From: Candidatus Tayloriibacteriota bacterium
GTDB lineage: Bacteria > Patescibacteriota > Minisyncoccia > Phycocordibacterales > PALSA-1337
NCBI GenBank assembly: GCA_037130865.1
Contig: JBAXSG010000004.1
Location: 1-58,879 of the forward strand
DNA length: 58,879 bases
Reading direction: 5' to 3'
Shown: piece after piece, positions 1 through 9,488 of the stretch
Layout: every line of letters starts with the position of its first letter
Position numbering within the stretch: position 1 is the stretch's first letter
The notes under the pieces: model-generated
Databases searched by the model: none
Seen by the model: the letters and a program-made list of their open reading frames with translations, nothing else
Told to the model about the DNA's origin: nothing
Made by a program: the position numbers and the translations under genes

Positions 1-33
1 ATATTAATGCTATTAATTATACAAGGCTAGTGT

Positions 34-132
34 ATGAAATTTGGGGTCCGGGCCACTCCAGAAGAAAATCTCGGAACTATTTTCTATGTTACATTACCAA
101 TAAAGGGAATACCGAAGACTTTAGTAAAGTAA
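34..132 (+). pseudogene. C-terminal remnant of a sensor histidine kinase (HATPase_c tail)
   Basis: Frame 1 reads ...EENLGTIFYVTLP..., the GTxFxxxLP end of HATPase_c. An in-frame TAG lies at 28-30. It sits directly upstream of a receiver-domain gene. Confidence 0.4.
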
Positions 133-151
133 ATAAATTAACCAAATTTTT

Positions 152-607
152 ATGAAAAAACAGCAAAAGAAAAAGACAATTCTAGTTATAGAAGACGAGA
201 GACCACTACTTGAGGCTATCAATACCAAACTTGAAAAGAACGGATTTGGTGTTATCACTGCTCGTAGTGTTGATCAGGTATTCAATGCAAATCTGGAAAA
301 GGAGGAATTGGGTATCATCAGTGCTATGAGTATCAAACGGGCGCTCGATTATCTAGATGATCTAGAAAATGTAGATGCTATCTGGTTAGATCACAATCTT
401 ATAGGCAAAGAAAATGGCCTAGAACTGGTCAAGAAATTTAGAGCCAATGGTGGCCGTTGGAAAAAGATCCCTATATTCGTCGTCTCAAACTCTGACGGTA
501 ATCAAATAATAAGTTCTTATGTAAAATTGGGTGTAAGTAAATATTATGTTAAAAGCGACTATAAACTTGATGAAATAATCAAAGACATAAAATCATCTTT
601 GGATTGA
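152..607 (+). CDS. Stand-alone response regulator receiver domain (CheY-like)
   Basis: ILVIEDE acidic pair, AIWLD phosphoacceptor, IPIFVVSN and YYVKS. Contains a 21-aa internal duplication. Confidence 0.9.
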   Translation: MKKQQKKKTILVIEDERPLLEAINTKLEKNGFGVITARSVDQVFNANLEKEELGIISAMSIKRALDYLDDLENVDAIWLDHNLIGKENGLELVKKFRANGGRWKKIPIFVVSNSDGNQIISSYVKLGVSKYYVKSDYKLDEIIKDIKSSLD

Positions 608-634
608 TATTTACTGTGGTATCATAATGGATAA

Positions 635-1678
635 ATGAAATATCACATATACACCACCTCGAAGAAAGCTTGGGCTGGGATGTTAAATGCTATATATAGT
701 GCCAACAAGAACATTTTTCTGGAGATGTTCATTTTTGAAAATGATACATCGAAATATGATTTCCTTTCAGCTTTGGAGGATAAAGCTCGTGCTGGAGTGC
801 GCGTCGTAGTCATCTTGGATATGATTGGTAGTAAGTCTCTTGGCCATGATGTTATCTTGAGTCTACGCAATGCCGGTGTCGAAGTTCTCTTCTTCAGCCT
901 ATGGTTCAAGCGCTTACACAGAAAGATGCTTATCGTAGATGAACGAGTCGCTTTTGTCGGTGGCGTGAATATAAAGAATCACTTTGCTTTTTGGAAAGAT
1001 CTACAAATCAGAGTCACTGGGCGCGCAGTTAGGAATATGCTTAGTTCATTTGCCACTATGTATCGCCAATGTAACGGCCGCGACGGATCATTTTTCAAAA
1101 ATTTCGAATACATATCTCCGATCAAGAGAACCAGGCTTTGGTTTGTGGAGCGTGGAATAGGGAAGCGTGAACATAATATGCGAAAATATTATACGGAACA
1201 CGTAGGCTCCGCCAAGAAGAAAATTGTTATTGTGACACCGTATCTTTTGCCACCACGTTGGCTGACCGCAAACTTGCATCAAGCTTTGTTACGTGGGGTA
1301 TCAGTGGAAATACTTATGCCAGATGCCTCCGATCATCGTTCAGCAAATATCCTGAATCGTTCTTTTGCTTCATTTTTCTCTTCACTTGGTGCCAAGTGTT
1401 TCTTTGCGCCAGGGATGAATCATGCCAAGGCTATGCTCATCGATGATGAGAGTGCTGTTATCGGTTCGCAGAATCTTGATTTTATTTCATTTGAGTGGAA
1501 TATCGAATCAGGAGTTTTCTTCAATGAAACGAATACAGTGAAAGAGTTGGCAGATATTATAAATGAATGGAAAAAAGATGCGGTACTCTTCGATCCTGCT
1601 GGTAGGTCTGTTTTGCACTGGTATCATTTTGTCGCGACATTCTTGCTGCGTATGTTTCGACTTTTGCCATTGTGGTAG
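635..1678 (+). CDS. Phospholipase D family, cardiolipin synthase-like
   Basis: Two HKD motifs: LHRKMLIVD...GGVN and HAKAMLID...GSQN. Confidence 0.88.
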   Translation: MKYHIYTTSKKAWAGMLNAIYSANKNIFLEMFIFENDTSKYDFLSALEDKARAGVRVVVILDMIGSKSLGHDVILSLRNAGVEVLFFSLWFKRLHRKMLIVDERVAFVGGVNIKNHFAFWKDLQIRVTGRAVRNMLSSFATMYRQCNGRDGSFFKNFEYISPIKRTRLWFVERGIGKREHNMRKYYTEHVGSAKKKIVIVTPYLLPPRWLTANLHQALLRGVSVEILMPDASDHRSANILNRSFASFFSSLGAKCFFAPGMNHAKAMLIDDESAVIGSQNLDFISFEWNIESGVFFNETNTVKELADIINEWKKDAVLFDPAGRSVLHWYHFVATFLLRMFRLLPLW

Positions 1679-1769
1679 TCTCGATCGAATTTTCGGATAA
1701 AATAAATGGCGTGGCGGGGATTGTTGTCCCGCCACGCGCATTCGATGTTCTCCTTTTTTGACATTAAAC

Positions 1770-2678
1770 CTAAGTGCCACCTGGTGGTATGTACCCGATG
1801 GCTGGATAGAGTTGCTGAGCTCTATCTATCCATAGTCTTCGTTCCCGGAGCGCTCCAGCTTTGAGTTGATACGAGTCCCAGGTAAACTGGGTTGCATTTC
1901 TCTCACTACTGGTGGGTTCCTTATCGATTATTCCGGCATAACTATCGCCGAGGAAGTCCATCTGGAATGAGAAATCTTCCTCCAATACAGCAAGCGACTC
2001 CAGAGCACCTTCAGTCATAAGCTTACCCCAGACCCAGCATCCTCCGATGTACATTGGGAGATAGAATGCGTCTGCTGCAACTTTGTCGATGATCTCGATT
2101 GGTTGACAGACACCACTCCTTTTCCTTATATCTATCGGTATAACCATGCATGCTCCTGGTTGCAAGCCGGATATTCTTTCCAGTCCTTGTTTTGATTTCT
2201 CTCTCAACTCCAGTGACTTGTAGAACGGTTTTTCTCTTTCAGCATTGCGTACTTCTTCGGTTAATACGAACGCATCGCCTATGAGATGATTGTGCATACC
2301 GATGCCGCCACGACCACCAATCACATCACGAAGGCGGTCATTCACAAACCGTACACACCTGCAATACTGATGGAAGCTCTCTTCACGACCGAATATAATC
2401 TTCGCAAGCTTCCGACTGGTCGTATTGAACTCAGCGAGACTACCGATCAATGATGGCTTAGGGGCCACGACAACTTTGTCATAATCGGCTGGTATCGCTA
2501 GTTTTGGCAAGACATCAACGATGTATTTTCGGGTCTGCTCGAAAGCATTTCCGACTTCATTTTTTGATTTTTCCGGCACCATTGGTGCCAATGTCTTTTG
2601 CCAGGTATTCAACTGCTTGATTGGGTCATTGTATCCACACAACAACTCATTCACTTTGTTCTGTTTTTGTTCGGGCAT
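1770..2678 (-). CDS. Hypothetical protein
   Basis: 302-aa ORF with a purine-rich RBS-like leader and a downstream hairpin. No motif recognised. Confidence 0.65.
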   Translation of the reverse strand: MPEQKQNKVNELLCGYNDPIKQLNTWQKTLAPMVPEKSKNEVGNAFEQTRKYIVDVLPKLAIPADYDKVVVAPKPSLIGSLAEFNTTSRKLAKIIFGREESFHQYCRCVRFVNDRLRDVIGGRGGIGMHNHLIGDAFVLTEEVRNAEREKPFYKSLELREKSKQGLERISGLQPGACMVIPIDIRKRSGVCQPIEIIDKVAADAFYLPMYIGGCWVWGKLMTEGALESLAVLEEDFSFQMDFLGDSYAGIIDKEPTSSERNATQFTWDSYQLKAGALRERRLWIDRAQQLYPAIGYIPPGGT

Positions 2679-2839
2679 ATTTGCCTTTCTTTGTAAAAGT
2701 TCTCTAACATTTTGTTCTCCCTCACTGCAACAACTGTTTTAACTTATACCAGAAAATCTGTTATTTAGCAAGGGTTGTGACTAGCCCCACACACGCACTA
2801 CTTTTCAGGAACACTCTTACTTTGTGCTAAAATTGGTCT

Positions 2840-3400
2840 ATGAAATCTAGTAACATCCTGACCTATTTTATTTTTTCCATAATAGGATTGTTCGTCCTCG
2901 TCTTTATGGCAAATAAGATGATAGATGAAGGTAGTCTGCCATCATTTCAAAAATACATGGATGAAAATATGCCGGCTGTTGCAACTTCTACTACCAGTCT
3001 CTCTACTTCGACTATTGTGCTGACACCATCAATCACGATTCGCACAGCATCTTCTTCGATCCGTGTCGCTATAGCCGACAATGAAACGACTCGCGATAGA
3101 GGACTCGGCGGTGTGGATTCACTCGGTGATGATGAAGGTATGTTATTTGTCTTCAGTTTTCCTGATATTCCGAATTTTTGGATGAAGGATATGAAAATTC
3201 CACTAGATATGATCTGGATAGATGAGAATAAGACAGTTGTAGGTGTCGCTGACAATATTGCTACAAGCACTTTTCCGAAAACATTTTCATCTGGTAAGCC
3301 AGTTCTTTATGTCTTGGAAATAAATGCTGGCGTATCAAAAAAGCTTGGAATAAAAGCTGGTACTAGATTACAATTCGATCTAAATAAAACAGATTTGTAA
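2840..3400 (+). CDS. DUF192 domain membrane-anchored protein
   Basis: N-terminal TM, RxRGL...GMLFVF...FWMKDMKIPLDMIWID...YVLEINAG. Confidence 0.9.
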   Translation: MKSSNILTYFIFSIIGLFVLVFMANKMIDEGSLPSFQKYMDENMPAVATSTTSLSTSTIVLTPSITIRTASSSIRVAIADNETTRDRGLGGVDSLGDDEGMLFVFSFPDIPNFWMKDMKIPLDMIWIDENKTVVGVADNIATSTFPKTFSSGKPVLYVLEINAGVSKKLGIKAGTRLQFDLNKTDL

Positions 3401-3417
3401 TCAACGCATAATTTTTC

Positions 3418-3426
3418 TGTGGATAA
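3418..3426 (-). promoter_or_regulatory. Perfect DnaA box (TTATCCACA) upstream of the ribonucleotide reductase gene
   Basis: TGTGGATAA on the + strand, in the 340-bp intergenic region before nrdJ. Confidence 0.5.
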
Positions 3427-3627
3427 CTTGGCATTCTTCATCAGATTTGAGTCGATTTTTCCGAAAATCTATACGACAATTTTGTCATCTTGGAAAATGC
3501 TTATGAAAAACATTCTCACAGACGCCGTAAACACTGTCTTTTTTCACTATAGCTCTTCACAAATCCGATTTTTATGTTGACGATAAAAGACTCGCGTTTA
3601 TGTACTAGATTTTTGACATAAAAAGCT

Positions 3628-3655
3628 TTGACGCTATGCGTAAATGGGTTACAAT
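3628..3655 (+). promoter_or_regulatory. Sigma70-type promoter for nrdJ
   Basis: TTGACG-16 nt-TACAAT. Confidence 0.45.
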
Positions 3656-3740
3656 GAACAGTAATAGAACATTTTATTAGCAGTAGTTTATTAAATTAAC
3701 AACGCCTGTTGTGTACCGCCTACATAACAGACGCTAGCAT

Positions 3741-6062
3741 ATGCCAAAAAAGAAAAAAGCCGCATCGGCTGCGGTTAAATCGCCGACGATTCCCACAATT
3801 ATTAAGAGAGATGGTCGAACAGTTCCGTTTGATATAGAGAAGGTCACGAACGCTATACTGAAGGGATTCAATTCCGTCGGTGAGGGATCATTGGAGGAGG
3901 CCAAGATGGTCGCTGGACAGGTATTTGCTGAACTCATCCGCATAAAGAAGAAGTTCGTCAACTTCGTGCCGACAGTTGAAGGTATTCAGGATATCGCCGA
4001 GGCGGAACTGATGCGTGCTGATTATGTGAAGACTGCTAAGCATTATGTTATCTACCGTGAAGAGAGGTCGAAGATCCGTGCGCAGGGCACAGAGATACCG
4101 GCGCATGTCCGCAAGCTTGCAACCGAGTCCCAAAAATCTTTCAGGAACGCACTTGGAGAATTTGTCTACTATCGTTCTTATTCTCGTTGGATAGATGCAG
4201 AGTCTCGCCGTGAGACATATATAGAAACGGTTGATCGTTATGTCACATTCATGCGCGAAAATCTTGGCAACAAACTCAAGGACTCTGAATACAAAGAGAT
4301 TCGTGAATATATTTTGAAACAATGGGCGATGCCTTCTATGCGTCTATTCCAGTTTGCTGGTAAGCCAGCGCAAAATACAAATATCTGCGCATACAACTGT
4401 TCATTCATTGCACCAGAGTCATTCCAAGACTTGGCAGAGATTATGTACATATCTATGTGCGGTACCGGCGCCGGTTGGTCAGTAGAGAGTGCCAACGTCG
4501 AGAAGTTTCCACAGATTATGATGCAGACCGGAGACAAGATATCAACATTTGTCGTTCCAGATAGCAGGGAAGGTTGGGCTGACAGTCTAGCTATCGGTAT
4601 GAAGACATGGGCTTCTGGAAAAGATATAGAGTTCGATTATTCCGGTGTTCGTCCAGAGGGTACTCGTCTAAAAACCATGGGAGGCAAGGCTTCCGGTCCA
4701 GCTCCACTTCAGCGTTTACACCAGTTTACTCGCCAGATCATGTTCGCTAGACAAGGTCGTCGTCTCCGCAATATCGATTTGCATGACATCATCTGTATGA
4801 TCGGTGATTGTGTGGTTGCTGGAGGTGTACGTCGCAGTGCTATGATCTCTCTATCTGATCTCGATGACAGAGAAATCCGTGATGCAAAGAAGGGTGCTTT
4901 CTATATGACTCATCCGCACCGCATGCTTGCTAACAATTCCGCTGTCTATATCAACAAACCAACAAACGAAGAATTTTTGAAAGAATGGATGGCACTCGTT
5001 GAGAGTCGTTCTGGAGAACGCGGCATATTTAACCGTGGTTCGCTTGCTCTGACTCTGCCAGAACGCCGTATCAAGGCTCTCAAGTCTTACAAAGGCTACT
5101 TCGATCCAACTGGTAAGCATATTGTTGGTCCTATTGGTACAAATCCTTGTGGAGAAATAATCCTTCAGTCCAAGCAGTTCTGTAATCTTTCTGAGATCGT
5201 CGCGCGTGCCGAAGATACTGAGTCTACACTCATGAAGAAGATTCGCATCGCTACTATCATCGGAACATATCAGTCATCACTTACGCATTTCCCATATCTT
5301 TCAAAAGAGTGGAAAGAGCATTGTGAACATGAGCGACTCTTAGGAGTTTCGATCACTGGTCAATGGGATTGTCCTGTAGTTCGTAATCCTGCGATCCTAC
5401 GCAAACTCAAAGCCGAGACTATCAAAGTCAACAAAGAATATGCCAAGAGATTTGGTATAAATGAGTCCACAGCTATAACTTGTGTTAAGCCATCTGGTAC
5501 TCTTTCACAGACAGTGGATTGTTCTTCTGGTATGCACCCACGACATTCGAAGTTTTATATACGCCGTGTTCGTATATCTGCTACGGATTCATTATTCAAA
5601 ATGCTTCGCGATCAAGGAGTTCCTTATTTCCCTGAAGTCGGTCAAAATGCCGAGACTGCAAATACTTTCGTCTTGGAATTCCCGATCAAGGCACCAAGTG
5701 GTTCTATATTTAGAGATGATCTGACAGCTATAGAACAGTTGGAGTTCTGGAAGATGGTCAAGGAGAATTACACAGAACACAATCCTTCGGTCACTATTTC
5801 TGTTAGCAATGACGAGTGGATCGAGGTCGCCAACTGGGTCTACAAGAATTGGGATATCTGTGGAGGGTTGTCGTTCTTGCCTCGTGAAGACCATGTCTAC
5901 AAGTTGGCACCTTATGAATCTATAGATGAGAAGACTTACAAGGAGCTTGCAAAGCGTCTCGAGCATATCGACTATTCGAAGATTATTACTTACGAAAAAC
6001 AAAATGAGACTGATCTGAAGAAGGAGTTGGCTTGTGCTGGTGGAGTTTGTGAGATTATGTAG
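3741..6062 (+). CDS. nrdJ: Class II (adenosylcobalamin-dependent) ribonucleotide reductase with N-terminal ATP cone
   Basis: IIKRDGR ATP cone, YNCSF, VVAGGVRRSA, GTNPCGEI, FCNLSE, TCVKPSGT and C-terminal CAGGVC. No beta-subunit gene is adjacent. Confidence 0.9.
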   Translation: MPKKKKAASAAVKSPTIPTIIKRDGRTVPFDIEKVTNAILKGFNSVGEGSLEEAKMVAGQVFAELIRIKKKFVNFVPTVEGIQDIAEAELMRADYVKTAKHYVIYREERSKIRAQGTEIPAHVRKLATESQKSFRNALGEFVYYRSYSRWIDAESRRETYIETVDRYVTFMRENLGNKLKDSEYKEIREYILKQWAMPSMRLFQFAGKPAQNTNICAYNCSFIAPESFQDLAEIMYISMCGTGAGWSVESANVEKFPQIMMQTGDKISTFVVPDSREGWADSLAIGMKTWASGKDIEFDYSGVRPEGTRLKTMGGKASGPAPLQRLHQFTRQIMFARQGRRLRNIDLHDIICMIGDCVVAGGVRRSAMISLSDLDDREIRDAKKGAFYMTHPHRMLANNSAVYINKPTNEEFLKEWMALVESRSGERGIFNRGSLALTLPERRIKALKSYKGYFDPTGKHIVGPIGTNPCGEIILQSKQFCNLSEIVARAEDTESTLMKKIRIATIIGTYQSSLTHFPYLSKEWKEHCEHERLLGVSITGQWDCPVVRNPAILRKLKAETIKVNKEYAKRFGINESTAITCVKPSGTLSQTVDCSSGMHPRHSKFYIRRVRISATDSLFKMLRDQGVPYFPEVGQNAETANTFVLEFPIKAPSGSIFRDDLTAIEQLEFWKMVKENYTEHNPSVTISVSNDEWIEVANWVYKNWDICGGLSFLPREDHVYKLAPYESIDEKTYKELAKRLEHIDYSKIITYEKQNETDLKKELACAGGVCEIM

Positions 6063-6093
6063 GTTGGTTGCGCGCGTAGAATCTTAATTAGGC

Positions 6094-6148
6094 TGAAAAA
6101 CTCTTAAGAAGCATGTGTTCCACCAGTCCGGGTCATTATCCGTATCAT
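6094..6148 (-). repeat. Partial copy (left arm plus upstream flank) of the dispersed hairpin element
   Basis: The reverse complement ATGATACGGATAATGACCCGGACTGGTGGAACACATGCTT matches 44222-44261 exactly. Confidence 0.9.
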
Positions 6149-6204
6149 AAAATGGCTTAAAATTGGAAAACCCGCCTCTATGAGCACGGATTTTCCGTGT
6201 ACAT

Positions 6205-6465
6205 TTAGACGGGTTGGGGATGTCTTCTACAGAGCTTCGATATCGCGGTAGCAATAGATTTTTTATCGAGTATCCTTCCTATGCTTTCTTTTCCGACGAC
6301 GACCTCATTTTTTCCGAGGATCTTTTTTTGCCGCATCAACATTTCCATTTTCTCCAACGGCAATTTTTCCAAAGAACTGATTGATAGTCGTATTTTTCCA
6401 GTCCCGATTTTTTCGATCCGTCGTACAGGTCTCAGGTCTACGGTCTGAATTAATATCAATATCAT
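6205..6465 (-). CDS. Hypothetical protein
   Basis: 86-aa ORF filling the gap between nrdJ and rnpB. No motif. Confidence 0.35.
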   Translation of the reverse strand: MILILIQTVDLRPVRRIEKIGTGKIRLSISSLEKLPLEKMEMLMRQKKILGKNEVVVGKESIGRILDKKSIATAISKLCRRHPQPV

Positions 6466-6561
6466 GAGCGACTCTTTTCTCGTGGTTGAGAGCTTTCAAG
6501 TATCATAATACAGGACTTTTTACGAACTTGTCAACCTTCCCGAAAAATGGTATATTCTTGA

Positions 6562-6920
6562 AGCACCACCAAACAACCGCGCCAGGTTCGCCCGATTCGC
6601 GATACTTCGTGAGCCGAGCGAACCTGGTGAGGAAAGTCCGAACTCCGGCATCGGTCGCAAGGCCGACGCAGCAGGGTAGTGGGTAACGCCCACCAGGATA
6701 ATAACCAGAGGTGCGAACAGTGACGAACCGATTTAGTTCGGGTGAAACGGCAAAATCCTTACCTCGGTGCAAGGCCGTGCTCTGTCCCGTCAAACGGATA
6801 GAGAGAGCCGCTTGAGGTGTGTGGCAACACACATCCTAGACAAATGGTTGTTTAGTCCGTTCGTTTTTCGCCGCAAGGCGGGAGGCGATCGGATGAACAG
6901 AATTCGGCTTATGGTGTGGC
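6562..6920 (+). ncRNA. rnpB: RNase P RNA (bacterial type A-like, reduced S-domain)
   Basis: GAGGAAAGTCCGAAC (P4 5' strand), GGGTGAAACGG, CCTAGACAAATG and ACAGAATTCGGCTTA (P4 3' strand). TGGTATATT -10 upstream and a terminator downstream. Confidence 0.95.
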
Positions 6921-6926
6921 AACATG

Positions 6927-6960
6927 AAGATACCCCGTTTATCGCGGGGTATTTTCTTTT
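6927..6960 (+). terminator. Intrinsic terminator after rnpB
   Basis: ATACCCCG/CGGGGTAT stem followed by a T-rich tail. Confidence 0.75.
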
Positions 6961-7032
6961 GGCGCAACCCGTCAAATTCTTTTCCACATATATTTCGTCG
7001 TGTCTTCTATGTTATCATTACGATAATAAGCG

Positions 7033-8712
7033 ATGGTAAAAAGATTTTTTTCAGCAATGGGACGAGAAATTCGCGGTCTTCATGAGGCCGCTTATGTATT
7101 GGCTATCTTTGCATTACTATCGCAGATACTCGCGCTCTTTCGCGACAAACTTCTTGCGTTCACCTTCGGTGCTGGCCATCAATTGGATATATATTATGCA
7201 GCATTTCGTATACCAGATTTTATATTTGCACTTATCGGTTCATTGGTATCAGCTTCGATCTTACTACCATTTTTCATAGATTCGTTTAGCAAGAGTCAAG
7301 AAGAAGGAAAATCTTTTTCGGATTCTATATTTACATTATTCTTCGGTGTAGTGATCATTATCAGCATAATTATATTTATATTGGCGCCATGGATTGTTCC
7401 ACTAGTTCTACCAGGTTTTGCGCACGATCCAGCATTGCCGCAACTTATATTAGCGATGCGTATTATGCTCTTGTCTCCGATATTCCTCGCGCTTTCGAAT
7501 CTTTTCTCCAGCCTCACACAGATGCGTCATCGTTTTCTGGTCTATGCCTTGTCACCAGTTATGTACAATCTTGGTATTATCATCGGGGTCTTCTTCTTAT
7601 ATCGCTGGATCGGTCTATCTGGACTGGCTGTTGGTGTAGCTATAGGTGCATTTCTGCATATGGGAATACAGTTACCATTTTTGCGTCATGAGAAACTTTT
7701 GCCGGCATTTACGAGGAATCTCCAATGGTCGAAGATGAAGCCGATCTTGCTTACAGCATTTCCACGCACCTTGACTCTTTCAGCAAATGAATTGGCTGAA
7801 TTTATTTTCATATCAATGGCCTCACTCTTGACCGCTGGTTCTATATCCGTCTTCAATCTGGCATTCAATCTCCAATCTGTTCCGTTGGCGCTTATTGGTG
7901 TCAGTTATTCTTCAGCGGTATTTCCAACACTATCGAAACTTTATTATGAGAAAAATGCCGCCGCCTTCTTGCAGAAAATGATCACCGCCGCTCGCCATAT
8001 CATATTCTGGTCGATGCCGATCACAATCCTCTTCATTGTTCTACGTGCACAGATTGTCCGTGTTGTCCTTGGCGCTGGTAAGTTTGACTGGGCTGATACC
8101 CGTTTGACTGCTGCTATGTTGGCACTCTTCATCATATCGACTGTCGGCCAAAGCTTGATTGTACTTTTCGTGCGTGCTTTCTATGCTGAAGGCAAGACTG
8201 CCAAGCCTCTTCTTATAAATATTATTTCAGCTTGTACAATCATTGTCCTCGGTTTCGCCTTGATCCAATTATTTGACCATGTACCACTCTTCAAGTTTTT
8301 CATAGAAGATCTCTTGCGTGTCGATGGTCAGACAGGAACAAATGCTCTCATGCTGCCACTCGCTTATTCTATCGGTGTGATATTGAATACTGTTCTGCAC
8401 TGGGTTACATTTGAGAAATCTTACAAAGGTTTCAGTAAGCCGGTCTTGGAGACATTCTTCCACAGTTTTTCTGCTTCAGTTATAGCCGGTGCAATCGCTT
8501 TCATGGGATTGCGTATATTCGCAAATGTATTTCCATTGGAAAAAGTTTGGGGAATATTTATGCAAGGATTTTGTTCAGGTATACTTGGTTTGACTATCGG
8601 AGTCCTTGTGCTCATAGCTCTCAAGAATACTGAACTAGCCGAAGTTTGGCGTACTTTGCACAGCAAGATCTGGAAAGTCCGTGTGCCTCCGGCAGAGGTG
8701 GAGAGGTTATAG
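7033..8712 (+). CDS. murJ: Lipid II flippase MurJ/MviN
   Basis: LFRDKLLAFTFGAG...DIYYAAFRIPD, about 14 TM segments, VRAFYA motif. Confidence 0.92.
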   Translation: MVKRFFSAMGREIRGLHEAAYVLAIFALLSQILALFRDKLLAFTFGAGHQLDIYYAAFRIPDFIFALIGSLVSASILLPFFIDSFSKSQEEGKSFSDSIFTLFFGVVIIISIIIFILAPWIVPLVLPGFAHDPALPQLILAMRIMLLSPIFLALSNLFSSLTQMRHRFLVYALSPVMYNLGIIIGVFFLYRWIGLSGLAVGVAIGAFLHMGIQLPFLRHEKLLPAFTRNLQWSKMKPILLTAFPRTLTLSANELAEFIFISMASLLTAGSISVFNLAFNLQSVPLALIGVSYSSAVFPTLSKLYYEKNAAAFLQKMITAARHIIFWSMPITILFIVLRAQIVRVVLGAGKFDWADTRLTAAMLALFIISTVGQSLIVLFVRAFYAEGKTAKPLLINIISACTIIVLGFALIQLFDHVPLFKFFIEDLLRVDGQTGTNALMLPLAYSIGVILNTVLHWVTFEKSYKGFSKPVLETFFHSFSASVIAGAIAFMGLRIFANVFPLEKVWGIFMQGFCSGILGLTIGVLVLIALKNTELAEVWRTLHSKIWKVRVPPAEVERL

Positions 8713-8738
8713 AGGTTGTAGGATGGTTTATATAAAAA

Positions 8739-8778
8739 GAAATCCGCCCCAACCTTTGAGTCGCGTTGGGGCGATTTC
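8739..8778. terminator. Hairpin between convergent murJ and 8812-9315
   Basis: GAAATC-CGCCCCAAC / GTTGGGGCG-ATTTC inverted repeat. Confidence 0.6.
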
Positions 8779-8811
8779 AAGGTTGAGGCGGTTAATGGTT
8801 TTGGACTGCCA

Positions 8812-9315
8812 CTATATTTGTGGCATAGGCTTCGCAAACGAGTCACCAGTCGGCGACGGATGTTTCTTCTTGCTCGCCGCCAGCTGCTTATTGTCCATCT
8901 TTTTGATCATCTTTCCGCTGCATTCGCGGAGATCGAATTCAGATGATTTGATTGGTGTTCTTGTTTTCTTCAAGACGCCAGCTGGCTGGACACTGACATG
9001 GAAACAGCCGTTAATATGGCGGATAAACCGAACTGCCATGCCGCTGAATCCACTTGCAGAGTCTGTGACCTGAGTGCCGAGGATTTCGAATGGAATTTCG
9101 ATTTCCTCAATATCTAATGGACGGAAGCTCAGCCGTTCTTCTTCGAGTATAAGTTTGTGGACAGGCTGCCCATCCTCCGGATTCAGCCCTTTCGGCTGAA
9201 AAAGGTATTCGACTTTCTTGCCCATGTCGCAGACCCAGTGAGTAGCGGTACCTTCCAAGCCTGTGGCTTTATCCTTACAGACGGTTCCGAGTTTGAGGAC
9301 TCTGATTTTGATCAT
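8812..9315 (-). CDS. Hypothetical protein with two tandem SH3-like repeats
   Basis: LGTVCKDKATGLEG...YLFQP and LGTQVTDSASGFSG...VSVQP. AAGGAG RBS upstream. Confidence 0.7.
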   Translation of the reverse strand: MIKIRVLKLGTVCKDKATGLEGTATHWVCDMGKKVEYLFQPKGLNPEDGQPVHKLILEEERLSFRPLDIEEIEIPFEILGTQVTDSASGFSGMAVRFIRHINGCFHVSVQPAGVLKKTRTPIKSSEFDLRECSGKMIKKMDNKQLAASKKKHPSPTGDSFAKPMPQI

Positions 9316-9488
9316 GTGTAAACGTGCTCCTTATGCTCTTTGTTCCGACTAAGTTCTTTAGTCATTGAATATAATTGTTAGTTTTAGAAAACAGAGAGCG
9401 ATTCAATCCGAGAATATACTTACATAATTACCACAATCTGTCAACCTCTCAAAAACCCCGCAAAAATGCTATATTTCAAGCACTTCAA

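Noticed and set aside
3430-3740. Cobalamin riboswitch or NrdR boxes in the nrdJ leader
   Set aside because: No B12-box. Only one weak NrdR-like match (TACTAGATTTTTG) and no clear tandem pair.
3741-6062. Intein or group I intron in nrdJ (also checked gyrA and gyrB)
   Set aside because: Protein lengths and motif spacing are normal, with no C...HN/C intein ends or frame breaks.
6486-7039. Several ORFs of 65-109 aa
   Set aside because: They overlap the RNase P RNA.
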